Notes: generated by a model not told the origin, from the sequence alone. Numbered from the stretch's first letter, positions 1 through 8,975 are shown. The stretch: 64,000 nucleotides of DNA from an uncultured Chloroflexia bacterium (GCA_963752475.1 CAVVYR010000007.1:448001-512000), one strand, 5' to 3'. Numbers and translations: made by a program.

Positions 1-544
1 TCCCGCGCGTCTCGCCGCTCCGCGGTAGCCAGCCCGAGGGCACGATCACGGTGACCATCGGTGGTGCCGCGGAGCGCCGTCCGGCACCGGTGGGTGGCCC
101 GCCGGTCGCTGCCCCTGCTGAGGCAGCGCCGCCACTCGACATCCCGCCACAGGAGCCGGTGGAGCCGGTCAGTGGGCCCAGCTCACCGCCGGCCTTCGAG
201 GGCATCAACGCGGACGCGCCCGAGGAGCCGCCGCTGCCGGAAGAGGTGGGTGCGGCGGTGGCCTCGGCTGCCGGCGCGGGCACGGTCCCTGTCGCCGCCG
301 GGCCGGGTCAGGTCCTGCACATCCGCTTCTCGCTGGCATCGGACGAGCGCATGGTGGCCGCGTTCGAGGAGCTCAAGGGCGTGATCAAGTCTCGCCGTGG
401 TGAGACGCCGGTCGTATTGCACATCCCTGCCGGCGCCGGGCGTACGCAGGAGATGCGGCTGGGCGTCGGGATCGCCTACGACGCGGAACTCGTGGCCGAG
501 TGCACCGTCGCTTCGACGGGCTGCTCCAGCTGTCGCTGGTGTAG
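1..544 (+). CDS. dnaE: DNA polymerase III alpha subunit, C-terminal part (5' truncated by window edge; apparent 1-nt deletion near 500)
   Basis: A Pro/Ala/Glu linker is followed by LHIRF...FEELKGVIKSRRGETPVVLHIP, which resembles the DnaE C-terminal domain. Restoring one G after GAG at 498-500 gives EVHRRFDGLLQLSLV* ending at 544. Confidence 0.6.
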
Positions 545-602
545 ACACGGTTCGGTCGTCGCCCGGTAGTCCGACGGACTGCTGCAGTTGTCGCTGGTGT
601 AG
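514..602 (+). repeat. 31-bp imperfect direct repeat of the gene 3' end (514-544 and 572-602)
   Basis: CGACGGGCTGCTCCAGCTGTCGCTGGTGTAG versus CGACGGACTGCTGCAGTTGTCGCTGGTGTAG. The 3 differences are all synonymous in DGLLQLSLV*. Confidence 0.9.
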
Positions 603-680
603 CGCTCGACTGATCGGGCGGTGGACGCGGTCGGGCGACGCGCGGCGCGCTCAGCGAGCCGTGACGGAGCCGTTTGAAGG

Positions 681-992
681 CAGATGTCGCCGCTGCCGAC
701 GCCGCCGGCCGACGCCGGCTCCACTCGCATGTGGACAGATGTCGCCCGAGCCGACCGTAGTCACCCTCGTAGCCACCGGATCGGGGTCGCTGGGACAGTC
801 GGCCAGCAGCGCTGAGCGTGGACGGGCATGGCCGACGCCGGGTCCTGGTGGCCCGGAGGCGTGAGATGGCCGTGGCGTGCGACTACGGTCGACTCCCACG
901 ACGGATGACTACAAGAATCGGACGGATGGGCCGGTAGCGTCGATGGGGGCGACGACCGGCCACGAGCGACCGGTAGCGTCGATGGGGACGAC
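681..992. repeat. Dispersed palindromic element A, copy 1 (GTCG-N7-CGAC array with inverted arms)
   Basis: The motif occurs at 686, 741, 888, 939 and 978. Arms 730-760 and 883-913 are imperfect inverted repeats. Similarity to 12259-12483 is ungapped at offset 11529. Confidence 0.85.
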
Positions 993-1115
993 ACGACCGA
1001 GTCCGCGAGCTACCGCCAGCGCTGCGAGCCACGACCGAGTCCACGAGCTACCGCCAGCGCTGCGAGCCACGACCGAGTCCACGAGCTACCGCCAGCGCCG
1101 CGAGCTACCGCCAGC
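992..1115 (+). repeat. Tandem repeat, 38-bp unit x3 plus a partial unit
   Basis: CACGACCGAGTCC(A/G)CGAGCTACCGCCAGCGC(T/C)GCGAGC at 992, 1030 and 1068. Confidence 0.9.
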
Positions 1116-1162
1116 CGTTGGTTCGGCGCGCGTCCGCGGCCACCACCCGACGCGGCCACGCC

Positions 1163-1855
1163 TCAGTCGAGGATCAGCCAGGCGACGCGGGCAGGCTCAG
1201 GGACCGCCTGGTTGAGGCGGACGAGGATGAGGTTCTCCTTGGCATCGAGCACCTGCGCGGCTTCCACGTGGACGCCGGGGAAGTGATCCTGCAGCGTGGC
1301 CAGCACGAGCGAGTTCTCGTTCACCCCGCCGCCGACCTCGAAGACGAACTCAGCGCCACCGGACGTCTGCGCTACGCCAGACCGGCGACCGAACTTGAGC
1401 TTGCCCTCGGTCTGCAGTGCCGTGCCGTTCTTCTCGGTCGAGCGTGCGACCAGGCCGGTCCCACCGCCCGTCGCCACGAACTCGCCGGCCGTGCCCTTGG
1501 GCGAGGCCGTCTTGCCCTGGACGCCGATGGTCTGGCCCTTCTTGGCATCGGCCCAGCCCTGCACACCGACGCCCTTCTGGGCGCTGGCGTACCCACGGAT
1601 GGCAGCGCCGGCGCCGGTCATGCGTGCCAGGAAGCCCGGGCTGCGCTTGTTCTGCAGGGTCGTGGACTTGGCGCCGGTGTTCTTCTGACCGATCCGCAAC
1701 CACTGGCCGTCCCTGGCCTCTGTGCTCGTCGAGATGCCGACCGCGCCCAGTGCAGCAGCGATGGCGGCGACCCCGCCAGCGGTCAGTAGCTGGCGGCGGG
1801 ATCGCGGCTCTTCGGCCGCGATGATGGCTGGCTCGTTGTCCCTGGACGAGGTCAC
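1163..1855 (-). CDS. Hypothetical secreted protein with Tat-like signal peptide
   Basis: GTG start behind AGGAGG; SRRQLL followed by a hydrophobic stretch; Gly-rich GVxG repeats. Confidence 0.7.
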   Translation of the reverse strand: MTSSRDNEPAIIAAEEPRSRRQLLTAGGVAAIAAALGAVGISTSTEARDGQWLRIGQKNTGAKSTTLQNKRSPGFLARMTGAGAAIRGYASAQKGVGVQGWADAKKGQTIGVQGKTASPKGTAGEFVATGGGTGLVARSTEKNGTALQTEGKLKFGRRSGVAQTSGGAEFVFEVGGGVNENSLVLATLQDHFPGVHVEAAQVLDAKENLILVRLNQAVPEPARVAWLILD

Positions 1856-1976
1856 CCGGTTTCCTCCTGTTGGTTCGGGCGGAGCAGCCCGACGACGACG
1901 ACTACGGCGGAGCCGATCGTATCGCAACATCACATGGATCGACGCCGAAGCGTCCGCGACGACGCGAGGACCGGTG

Positions 1977-2801
1977 CTACTCAGTCGGGCCGAACGTCAC
2001 CTGGAACACGTCGTCCTCATCGAGCAGCGTGAGACCGAACATGCTGACCGACCACGCGCTGGTCGCCCTGAGCGCCGCGTAGTAGCGCCGAGCGTTCTTG
2101 CGATGCGGTTTCTTGCAGTCCTTCTTCTGGATCTCTATGCGACCGATGCGCATGTTCTGGCCGTCGACCTCATAGATGGCGGAGTAGTCGCTGCAGCCGT
2201 CAGTGCCTGTGAGCGTGCCGTCCTCTGCGAACGTCGCCTTGATCTTCGAGGTGTGCTGGTTGCCCTCCAGGCTCCTCTTGCCATCACTGATCATGCCGAC
2301 CTGCCAAGAGCCTTCGACCATGGAGGCCGGCGTCAGACGGAACTCGAGCAGGACTTCGTCAGCCTCATCCTCCAGTGCCATCCCGAGGCCACGCGACCGA
2401 TAGGAGGCCACCCGCTCGAGGTTGGCGAAGTAGGCGGCCTCGGCTGGCCCGTGGGGCAGCCCGCAGCCGATCAGCGTGTGGCCGAGCCCCTGCAGGCTGA
2501 GGTCGAAGCCGTCGATCTCATAGCGCGCACCGTAGCCGTTGCAGCCGCCAGTGCCGGCTAGACGACCGCCGACCATCCGCAGCGAGATCAGGACATCCTC
2601 ATCGAGCGGCCTCAACTCGCCGTCCACGACCTGTGCGCTGAGCAGCCAGTTCTGGTCCTCGATCGAGAAGTCACCGATCGGCACGGTCTCATCCAAAGGA
2701 CCGCTGGGCTCGGGCTCATCCTGGGCGATGGCGCCGACCGCCAGTGTTGCCGAGAGCGCGAGGGCTGCAAACGCAGCGACCGTGGTGCGGACCCTTGTCA
2801 T
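1977..2801 (-). CDS. Secreted protein with two META (HslJ-like) domains
   Basis: Signal peptide; GTGGCNGY and GTDGCSDY motifs, each with a downstream Cys. Confidence 0.85.
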   Translation of the reverse strand: MTRVRTTVAAFAALALSATLAVGAIAQDEPEPSGPLDETVPIGDFSIEDQNWLLSAQVVDGELRPLDEDVLISLRMVGGRLAGTGGCNGYGARYEIDGFDLSLQGLGHTLIGCGLPHGPAEAAYFANLERVASYRSRGLGMALEDEADEVLLEFRLTPASMVEGSWQVGMISDGKRSLEGNQHTSKIKATFAEDGTLTGTDGCSDYSAIYEVDGQNMRIGRIEIQKKDCKKPHRKNARRYYAALRATSAWSVSMFGLTLLDEDDVFQVTFGPTE

Positions 2802-2846
2802 GGGCGTGCCTCCTGGAAACGCGGGAAGGAGTCGCGGGGGTACTTG

Positions 2847-3653
2847 CTATTCGGCCGGGAGATACCTGACCTGCAAGGCGCCATCGTCGTCTCGCAGCTC
2901 GAGCGAGCCGGAGCCATCTGTCGACCATGTCGTGGCCGCGGTGAGCGCCGCGAAGTATTGCTGCGAGAGTTCAGCAAGCCCCGGCTCCTCGCAGGCCATC
3001 ATCGTGGTCGCGATCTCGGGCGCGATGGTGATGGCGTCGCCATCGACCTCATAGCTGGTGAAGTAGTCGTTGCAGCCGTCCACGCCGGAGAGCTGGCCAT
3101 CGGCATCGAAGACCGCCGTGATCATCGGGGTGAACTCATTGGTCTCCACCGCACCCCTGCCGTTGTTGAGTCCCTGGGCCACCCACGAACCCACGACCGT
3201 GGCCTCTGGCGCGAGGTCGAATTCGAGCAGGAAGTCGCCGTTGGCATCGAGCAGGGCCATCTGGATCCCGCCGGACTGATATGCGGCGACCTGGCCCAGG
3301 TTCGCGAAGTAACTCTGTTCGGCCTCCATCAGCGGGGGCACGCAGGCCATCATCGTGGAGCCGACCGGGCCGAACTCGAGCTCGAACCCATCGAGCTCGT
3401 AGCTCGTGAAGTAGCTGTTGCAGCCGCCGTTCCCGCCGGCGTCGCCGCCTTCCATGCGCAGTGAGATGCTGACGCCGTCGGGGACCGAGGCCATCTCGCC
3501 GTCGACCATTTGACTGGTCAGCAACCAGGTCATGCCTTCGATCGAGTAGACGCCGACCGGCTCGGGCTCGTCTTCGGCTACGGCCGCGGCGGCCAGGCTG
3601 GCGGTAAGGGCAAGGGCTGCGACCGCGGCCATGGTCGCACGCAGATTCTTCAT
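2847..3653 (-). CDS. Secreted protein with two META (HslJ-like) domains, tandem paralog
   Basis: Signal peptide MKNLRATMAA; GNGGCNSY...STMMAC and GVDGCNDY...TTMMAC. Confidence 0.88.
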   Translation of the reverse strand: MKNLRATMAAVAALALTASLAAAAVAEDEPEPVGVYSIEGMTWLLTSQMVDGEMASVPDGVSISLRMEGGDAGGNGGCNSYFTSYELDGFELEFGPVGSTMMACVPPLMEAEQSYFANLGQVAAYQSGGIQMALLDANGDFLLEFDLAPEATVVGSWVAQGLNNGRGAVETNEFTPMITAVFDADGQLSGVDGCNDYFTSYEVDGDAITIAPEIATTMMACEEPGLAELSQQYFAALTAATTWSTDGSGSLELRDDDGALQVRYLPAE

Positions 3654-3763
3654 CGTGTGTACACCTCCGACAGGATGGCGGGCCCATGCGGGCACGCCCG
3701 TATGAACGCTTCCGTTGCTGGCTAGACGCAGGATACGTGCCTCCGGTTCCCCGGCGCCGGGAT

Positions 3764-6268
3764 TCAGCCCTTGGTGTCGACACCAAGGAAGCGCTCGATG
3801 AAGCGCCAGCGCCAGAAGATCCAGACCAGCACGGTCCAGGCCAGGACGCCGCTGAAGACGATGGCCAGGTCACGGACCGATAGCGGGTAGAGGTTGAAGA
3901 AGACGCGGAACGGCGGCACCAGGAGCACGATCCCGAGGGCAGCGGTCAGGCTCAGGGCCAACCACGTCGGGCGCCAATCGGGCGACAGCGGCTCGATCAC
4001 CGCCAGCCACTTGACCGGGGGCTCCACGAAGACCACGACCATCATGCCGACGAGGATGAGGAAGACGGTCACGGAGGTCTTTGCCGACTCCTCGACCATC
4101 TGCTCGGTCACCAGGCCCGCCTCGAAGTCGGCGTCGCCGATGAGGAAGATCCCGGTCACCACGAGCAGTCCGACGATCGAGGCCAGCGCCGCCGCCGGCA
4201 GCACGAACTTGGCCAGCGTCCGCAGCAACGATTCGCCGGGGAACGGACCCGGGCGGGCCCAGATGGCCAGCATCGCGGTCGGGATGCCGACCGTGAACAG
4301 CGTGATGGCCGAGGCGTTGCGCAGGTCGACCGGGAAGAAGCCGCTGGTCATGAGCACGAGGATGAGCATGCCCAAGGTGAGGATGCGGGTCAGGAACACG
4401 CGCAGGATGTCCTGCATGCCGTTGAGGATGCGCTGGCCCTCGCCGATGGCCGAGGCCAGTGCGCTGAAGCCGTCGTCGATGAGGATGAGATCGGACACGC
4501 CACGTGCCGCCTGCGTGCCGCTGCCCATGGCGATGGCCAGATTGGAGCGCTTGAGTGAGAGGACGTCGTTGACGCCATCACCGGTCATGGCCACATAGCG
4601 ACCCTGGTCTCGCAAGGCCCCGACGAGCCGCTCCTTGAGCTCCGGCGTGACGCGTCCGAAGATGGTGGTGTTCTCGACGGCGGCATCGAAGTGCGGTTCG
4701 TCCATGGCCTCGAGCTCGGGCCCGGAGACGACCCCGCCGCTGGTGTCGAGCCCCGCCTGGTGCGCCAGCGTGGATACGGTCTCCGGATCGTCGCCGGAGA
4801 TGACGCGGACGTCCACGCCCATCTCACGGAAGCGCGTGAGCGTCTCGGCCGCCTCGGGGCGCAGCAGGTCACGCAGGACGACGATGGCGTAGGGCCTGGA
4901 GTCTGCCGGCAGGGTGGAGTCGTCACCCTCGTCCTCGATCGTGGTCGAGGGGCTGTAGGCCGCCAGCAGCACGCGCATCCCGCGCGCCGCATGGTGCGCC
5001 ACGAGCGCCTGGATGTTGCGCCACTGCGCGTCGCTGATGTCGAGGTACTGGCGGATGAAGGTCGGCGCGCCCATCGAGTAGGTACCGAGCGCAGGGTGGC
5101 TTGGTGAGACGCCGGCAGGTACGGCAACGGCGCTCCACTTGCGCTTGGACGAGAACGGCACCTCCATCAACGGCTCGCGAGCGATGCCGTGGACCGCCTC
5201 GCCGATGGCCTCGCTGGTGGTGTTGGTGGCGCGACCGCTGGCCACCATCAGGCCGACCTTGGCACGTGCCGAGGTCTCGTCACCCTCGAGCGGCAGGACC
5301 TGGTCCAGCTCGAGCTGGTTGGCCGTGAGCGTGCCGGTCTTGTCGACGCAGAGCGTATCCACGTGCGAGAGCGACTCGACCGCGTTGGCCTGCTGGACGA
5401 GCGCGCCGAAGCGCGACATGCGCACCGCGGCCAGGGCATAGGCGATGGCGATCGACACGAAGAGCCCGTTGGGCACGAGCCCGACGAGCACGGTGGCCTC
5501 CACGATGGCCTCGTCGAGTGGCGTGTCCTCGACCACGTTCTTGACGATCAGCAGCAGCTGCAGGTAGATCACCACGCCGAGCGTCACGCGGATGACGGTC
5601 TGGATCTGGCGCTGCAGCGGGGTGAGCGTGCGGCGGAACGTCTTGGCCCCGGCCGTGATGCGCCCGGCGAGGCTGGCTTCACCCACGGTCCTGGCCACGT
5701 AGCGGCCGCGACCCGACGTCGGGTAGCTACCGGAGAAGACCTCGTCGCCGACGCGCTTGGGGACCATGTCCGATTCGCCCGTCAGCTGCGATTCGTCGAC
5801 CTCCATGCGCCCTTCGGTCAGCTCGCCGTCGACGATGATCTGATCGCCAGGTCTGACCTCGAGCAGGTCGCCCACGACGATCTCCTCCGGACCCACCGTG
5901 CGAACTTCGCCGTCTCGGACGACCGAGGCTGTCGGTCGGGTGAGCAGGGCGATCTCGTCGAGGGCCTGCTTGGCGCGCACCTCCTGGTAGATGCCGACGA
6001 CGATGTTGGTGCCGATGACCAGGATCGAGACGAAGGCGTCGAAGGGCCGGCCCACGATGACCAGCAGCGCGCCCATGACGAAGAGGACGTTGTTGATGAA
6101 GGTGAAGACGTTCTCGCGAACGATCGCCCAGTAGGTCCGGGTCGTCGCCGGGGGAGCGCTGTTGCCCAGCCCCTGCCCGCGTCGCTCGTCGGCCTCGGCG
6201 TCGCTCAGCCCGGTGTCGGGTGTCGGCGGCAGGGCGGCAATGACGTCGGTCGTGGTGCGGTCGGTCAT
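3764..6268 (-). CDS. P-type cation-transporting ATPase (CtpE-like)
   Basis: TGES, DKTGT and GDGVND motifs; multiple TM helices; M4 motif reads PNGL. Confidence 0.92.
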   Translation of the reverse strand: MTDRTTTDVIAALPPTPDTGLSDAEADERRGQGLGNSAPPATTRTYWAIVRENVFTFINNVLFVMGALLVIVGRPFDAFVSILVIGTNIVVGIYQEVRAKQALDEIALLTRPTASVVRDGEVRTVGPEEIVVGDLLEVRPGDQIIVDGELTEGRMEVDESQLTGESDMVPKRVGDEVFSGSYPTSGRGRYVARTVGEASLAGRITAGAKTFRRTLTPLQRQIQTVIRVTLGVVIYLQLLLIVKNVVEDTPLDEAIVEATVLVGLVPNGLFVSIAIAYALAAVRMSRFGALVQQANAVESLSHVDTLCVDKTGTLTANQLELDQVLPLEGDETSARAKVGLMVASGRATNTTSEAIGEAVHGIAREPLMEVPFSSKRKWSAVAVPAGVSPSHPALGTYSMGAPTFIRQYLDISDAQWRNIQALVAHHAARGMRVLLAAYSPSTTIEDEGDDSTLPADSRPYAIVVLRDLLRPEAAETLTRFREMGVDVRVISGDDPETVSTLAHQAGLDTSGGVVSGPELEAMDEPHFDAAVENTTIFGRVTPELKERLVGALRDQGRYVAMTGDGVNDVLSLKRSNLAIAMGSGTQAARGVSDLILIDDGFSALASAIGEGQRILNGMQDILRVFLTRILTLGMLILVLMTSGFFPVDLRNASAITLFTVGIPTAMLAIWARPGPFPGESLLRTLAKFVLPAAALASIVGLLVVTGIFLIGDADFEAGLVTEQMVEESAKTSVTVFLILVGMMVVVFVEPPVKWLAVIEPLSPDWRPTWLALSLTAALGIVLLVPPFRVFFNLYPLSVRDLAIVFSGVLAWTVLVWIFWRWRFIERFLGVDTKG

Positions 6269-6972
6269 GACGGCGGACCCTGCCGTACGCGGTAGCGCGA
6301 GATCACATCGCCGTCCCCGCTCGTCGTGGTTTCGAGGAGCTCCAGCGAGAGGGCGTCACGTCGTGCCCAGCCGGCGCCGCCCACCGGGGTCGGGGCGTCT
6401 TCGCCGCCGAAGAGGAGGGGAGCCACGGCCAACTGGATCTCATCGACTAGGCCGGCCTCGAGCAGCGCGGCCACGAGCGTGCCGCCACCCTCGACCATCA
6501 GCCGCTCGACGCCCATCCCGGCGATGGCTGCCAGCGATGCCCCCAGGTCGACCCCTTGCCTGCCGGCGACCACGACCTCGGCACCTGCGGAGCGGAACTC
6601 CGCCAGCGCCGTCTCGCTCGTGCGCTCGCTGGTGCACAACAGGACGCGCCCGCCCCCTTCACGCAGGAACGCACCCAGCAGCGCGAGGTCGACCGACCCC
6701 AGCCTCGAGGCGATCCCGACCTTCATCGGCTGGGCGGACCTGCCGGTCTTGATGCGCTCGGTGATGAGGGCGTCGTCGCGCACGGTCAGCCGCGGGTCCT
6801 CGGCGAGCAGCGTTTGCCCCCCGACCATGATGGCGTCGGACTCGGCGCGCAGGCGGTCGACGCGGGCCGTGTCTGCGGGGCCGGAGATACGCGCGCCCTG
6901 ACGCTCGACGGTGTCGATCTTGCCGTCGGCGGTCATGGCCATGTTCACGAAGACGTACGGACGGGTCTGCAC
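6265..6972 (-). CDS. RibD C-terminal-type pyrimidine reductase (riboflavin biosynthesis family)
   Basis: RPYVFVNMAMTADGKI, DAIMVGGQT and LMVEGGG motifs; ATGA overlap with the ATPase start. Confidence 0.88.
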   Translation of the reverse strand: MQTRPYVFVNMAMTADGKIDTVERQGARISGPADTARVDRLRAESDAIMVGGQTLLAEDPRLTVRDDALITERIKTGRSAQPMKVGIASRLGSVDLALLGAFLREGGGRVLLCTSERTSETALAEFRSAGAEVVVAGRQGVDLGASLAAIAGMGVERLMVEGGGTLVAALLEAGLVDEIQLAVAPLLFGGEDAPTPVGGAGWARRDALSLELLETTTSGDGDVISRYRVRQGPPS

Positions 6973-7250
6973 GGGCGCTCAATGCTAGCGAACCGGAGTC
7001 TGTGGGGCGAGACGGATCCGGAGACGAAATGGGGCGAGGCCCGCCTCCTCGACGGGCCTCGCGTTGGGCTTCCGGTGCGGGCTCGTCGTCGGAGCCAAAG
7101 CAGATAGTGCCGGCCGGGTCGGCATCCGTCAGCGGTACGAAGGTCGCTGCGGTGGACCCGCGCGTCGCCGCCCGGGGGTGTGCTGCAGTGCGGAGCGAGG
7201 CGCGCTGGTGGCGCCACGAACAGTACCCTCGGCGTGGCAGCATCAGCGAC

Positions 7251-8396
7251 ATGACTGGCACGGTGAGGACCCTCGGAGCGATCGCCCAGGACCTGCGAGA
7301 CCTGGGGCTGCGCGCCGGCGACCTCGTCATGGTCCACGCCTCGCTACGCAAGCTGGGGCCGGTCGAGGGCCGGGCCAACGGCGTCATCGGGGCCATCCTC
7401 GACGCCGTGTCACCCGGCGGTACGATGCTCATGGTGCTGGGCGCCGAAGACGCCCACGCCTGGGTCAACGAGCGCCCCGAGGCCGAGCGGGAAGCACTGC
7501 TGGCGGATGCCGAGCCCTTCGACTCGGCGGTCACGCCGGCGCTATCGGACGTCGGGACGCTGGCCGAGGTCCTGCGGCAGCATCCGGGGTCGGTCGTCAA
7601 CGACCACCCCGAGGGACGCTTCGCGGCCCAGGGGGCCCTGGCCCACGAGCTCCTCGACGACACGCCCTGGAACGACTACTACGGACCGGGCTCACCGCTC
7701 GAGCGCCTGACCGAGGGTGGACGGATCCTGCGCCTCGGTGCCGACCTCGATACCGTCACCGCTCTGCACTTCGCCGAGTATCGATGCTCGGTCTGGCCCA
7801 AGCGCCGCGTGAGGCGCTATCGGCGCATCGCGACGCCCGACGGGCCACGCATCCGCATCGTGGAGTGCCTCGATGACGAGCACGGCATCGTCGACTACGC
7901 CGGCGAGGACTACTTCGCCGACCTGCTCCGCGACTACCTTGCCGCCGGCAGGGCCCTGAGCGGGACCGTCGGCGATGCTCGATCGGAGCTCATCGAGGCC
8001 GCCGATCTGGTGTCCTTCGGGACGCGCTGGATGGATGAGCACCTCGAGGGCGAGCACCACGATGTCTCCATGAACGGCATGCGCACGCGACTCGACCGTG
8101 ACCTGCTCGATGCCCGCAAGCGCCGCAGCGCGCCGGAGGTCGCCGCCCTCCGCTCGCTCAAGACCGCGTTGGCCAATGCGGAGGCCGTGCCGGTCGAGGA
8201 CCGGCCGTACGAGGTCGTGAAGGGGCGTGCCGACGTGCCGCGGCGCGTGCTGTCCGCGGCCGACATCGCCGCCATCGTGCGCGTTGAGATCGATGAGCGA
8301 CGTCGTGCGCTCGCCGAATACGAGGCGGCCGCCGCTCCGACCGAGGCGCTGGAACTGGAGCTGACGACCCTGGAGCGGTACCGCCGACCGGCCTAG
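7251..8396 (+). CDS. AAC(3)-family N-acetyltransferase fused to a C-terminal YqeY/GatB-like domain
   Basis: GDLVMVHASLRKLG, YGPGSPLERL and LRLGADLDTVTALHFAE motifs; C-terminal helical segment RLDRDLLDARKRR...ALRSLKTALANAE. Confidence 0.82.
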   Translation: MTGTVRTLGAIAQDLRDLGLRAGDLVMVHASLRKLGPVEGRANGVIGAILDAVSPGGTMLMVLGAEDAHAWVNERPEAEREALLADAEPFDSAVTPALSDVGTLAEVLRQHPGSVVNDHPEGRFAAQGALAHELLDDTPWNDYYGPGSPLERLTEGGRILRLGADLDTVTALHFAEYRCSVWPKRRVRRYRRIATPDGPRIRIVECLDDEHGIVDYAGEDYFADLLRDYLAAGRALSGTVGDARSELIEAADLVSFGTRWMDEHLEGEHHDVSMNGMRTRLDRDLLDARKRRSAPEVAALRSLKTALANAEAVPVEDRPYEVVKGRADVPRRVLSAADIAAIVRVEIDERRRALAEYEAAAAPTEALELELTTLERYRRPA

Positions 8397-8776
8397 GAGG
8401 CCAGCGCCTCCTTGATGGCGGCGTCGAGCTTCTCTGCCGTGGGTGGGCCTACGAGCGGCACGACCTTGTGGATGCCCTCGGTCTCGACCCAGTCGAGCTC
8501 CATGCCGGGAGCAGTGAGCACGATCGGCGTCTCCGGGTGCATCTCGCGCAGGAACTCGATGAGGTTCCGGCCACCGCCCAATTCGGTCGTGGACCAGACG
8601 TCGTAGAGGAGCACATCCGCCTCGTGAACGTCGGGACAGTGCTCCCCGCGCAGGACCGGGCAGGGCGACCCTGCGGGCCCGGCACATCCGACGGGGTCGT
8701 AGCCGAGTCGCCGCAGCGAGTCGATCTCCTGATCAGCCAGGTCGATGTCGTGGTGGACGACGAGCACACGCGTCAT
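8393..8776 (-). CDS. Small receiver-like protein with a Cys-rich insertion
   Basis: MTRVLVVHHD...LRRLGY, DVLLYD and PETPIVLT match the receiver-fold pattern; the insertion is CAGP...CP...CP. Confidence 0.7.
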   Translation of the reverse strand: MTRVLVVHHDIDLADQEIDSLRRLGYDPVGCAGPAGSPCPVLRGEHCPDVHEADVLLYDVWSTTELGGGRNLIEFLREMHPETPIVLTAPGMELDWVETEGIHKVVPLVGPPTAEKLDAAIKEALAS

Positions 8777-8873
8777 GGCTGCTACCCCCGCTTGCACCGC
8801 CCGGGGCGGGCCGGTCCCACGGCCAGTATGCGCTGCGCTGCAACCGCGTCGGGGGCCATGCGTCGTCAAGCTC

Positions 8874-8894
8874 GGTGCCGAAGGCGGTTTTCGA
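8874..8894 (-). repeat. Degenerate copy of the tRNA-Leu(CAA) 3' end (att-like)
   Basis: GGTGCCGAAGGCGGTTTTCGA versus tRNA 9156-9176 GGTGCCGAAGGTGGGATTCGA (18/21 identical). Confidence 0.6.
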
Positions 8895-8975
8895 CGTTGT
8901 TAGCCGTCGGCTCCGTGGGCCCGTCGGCTCCGTGGGCTCGTCGATCCGTGCGACTCCTTCACGGCTCCAGCGATC

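Noticed and set aside
931-1115. Possible CRISPR array
   Set aside because: The units are head-to-tail with no unique spacers, and there are no cas genes in the window.
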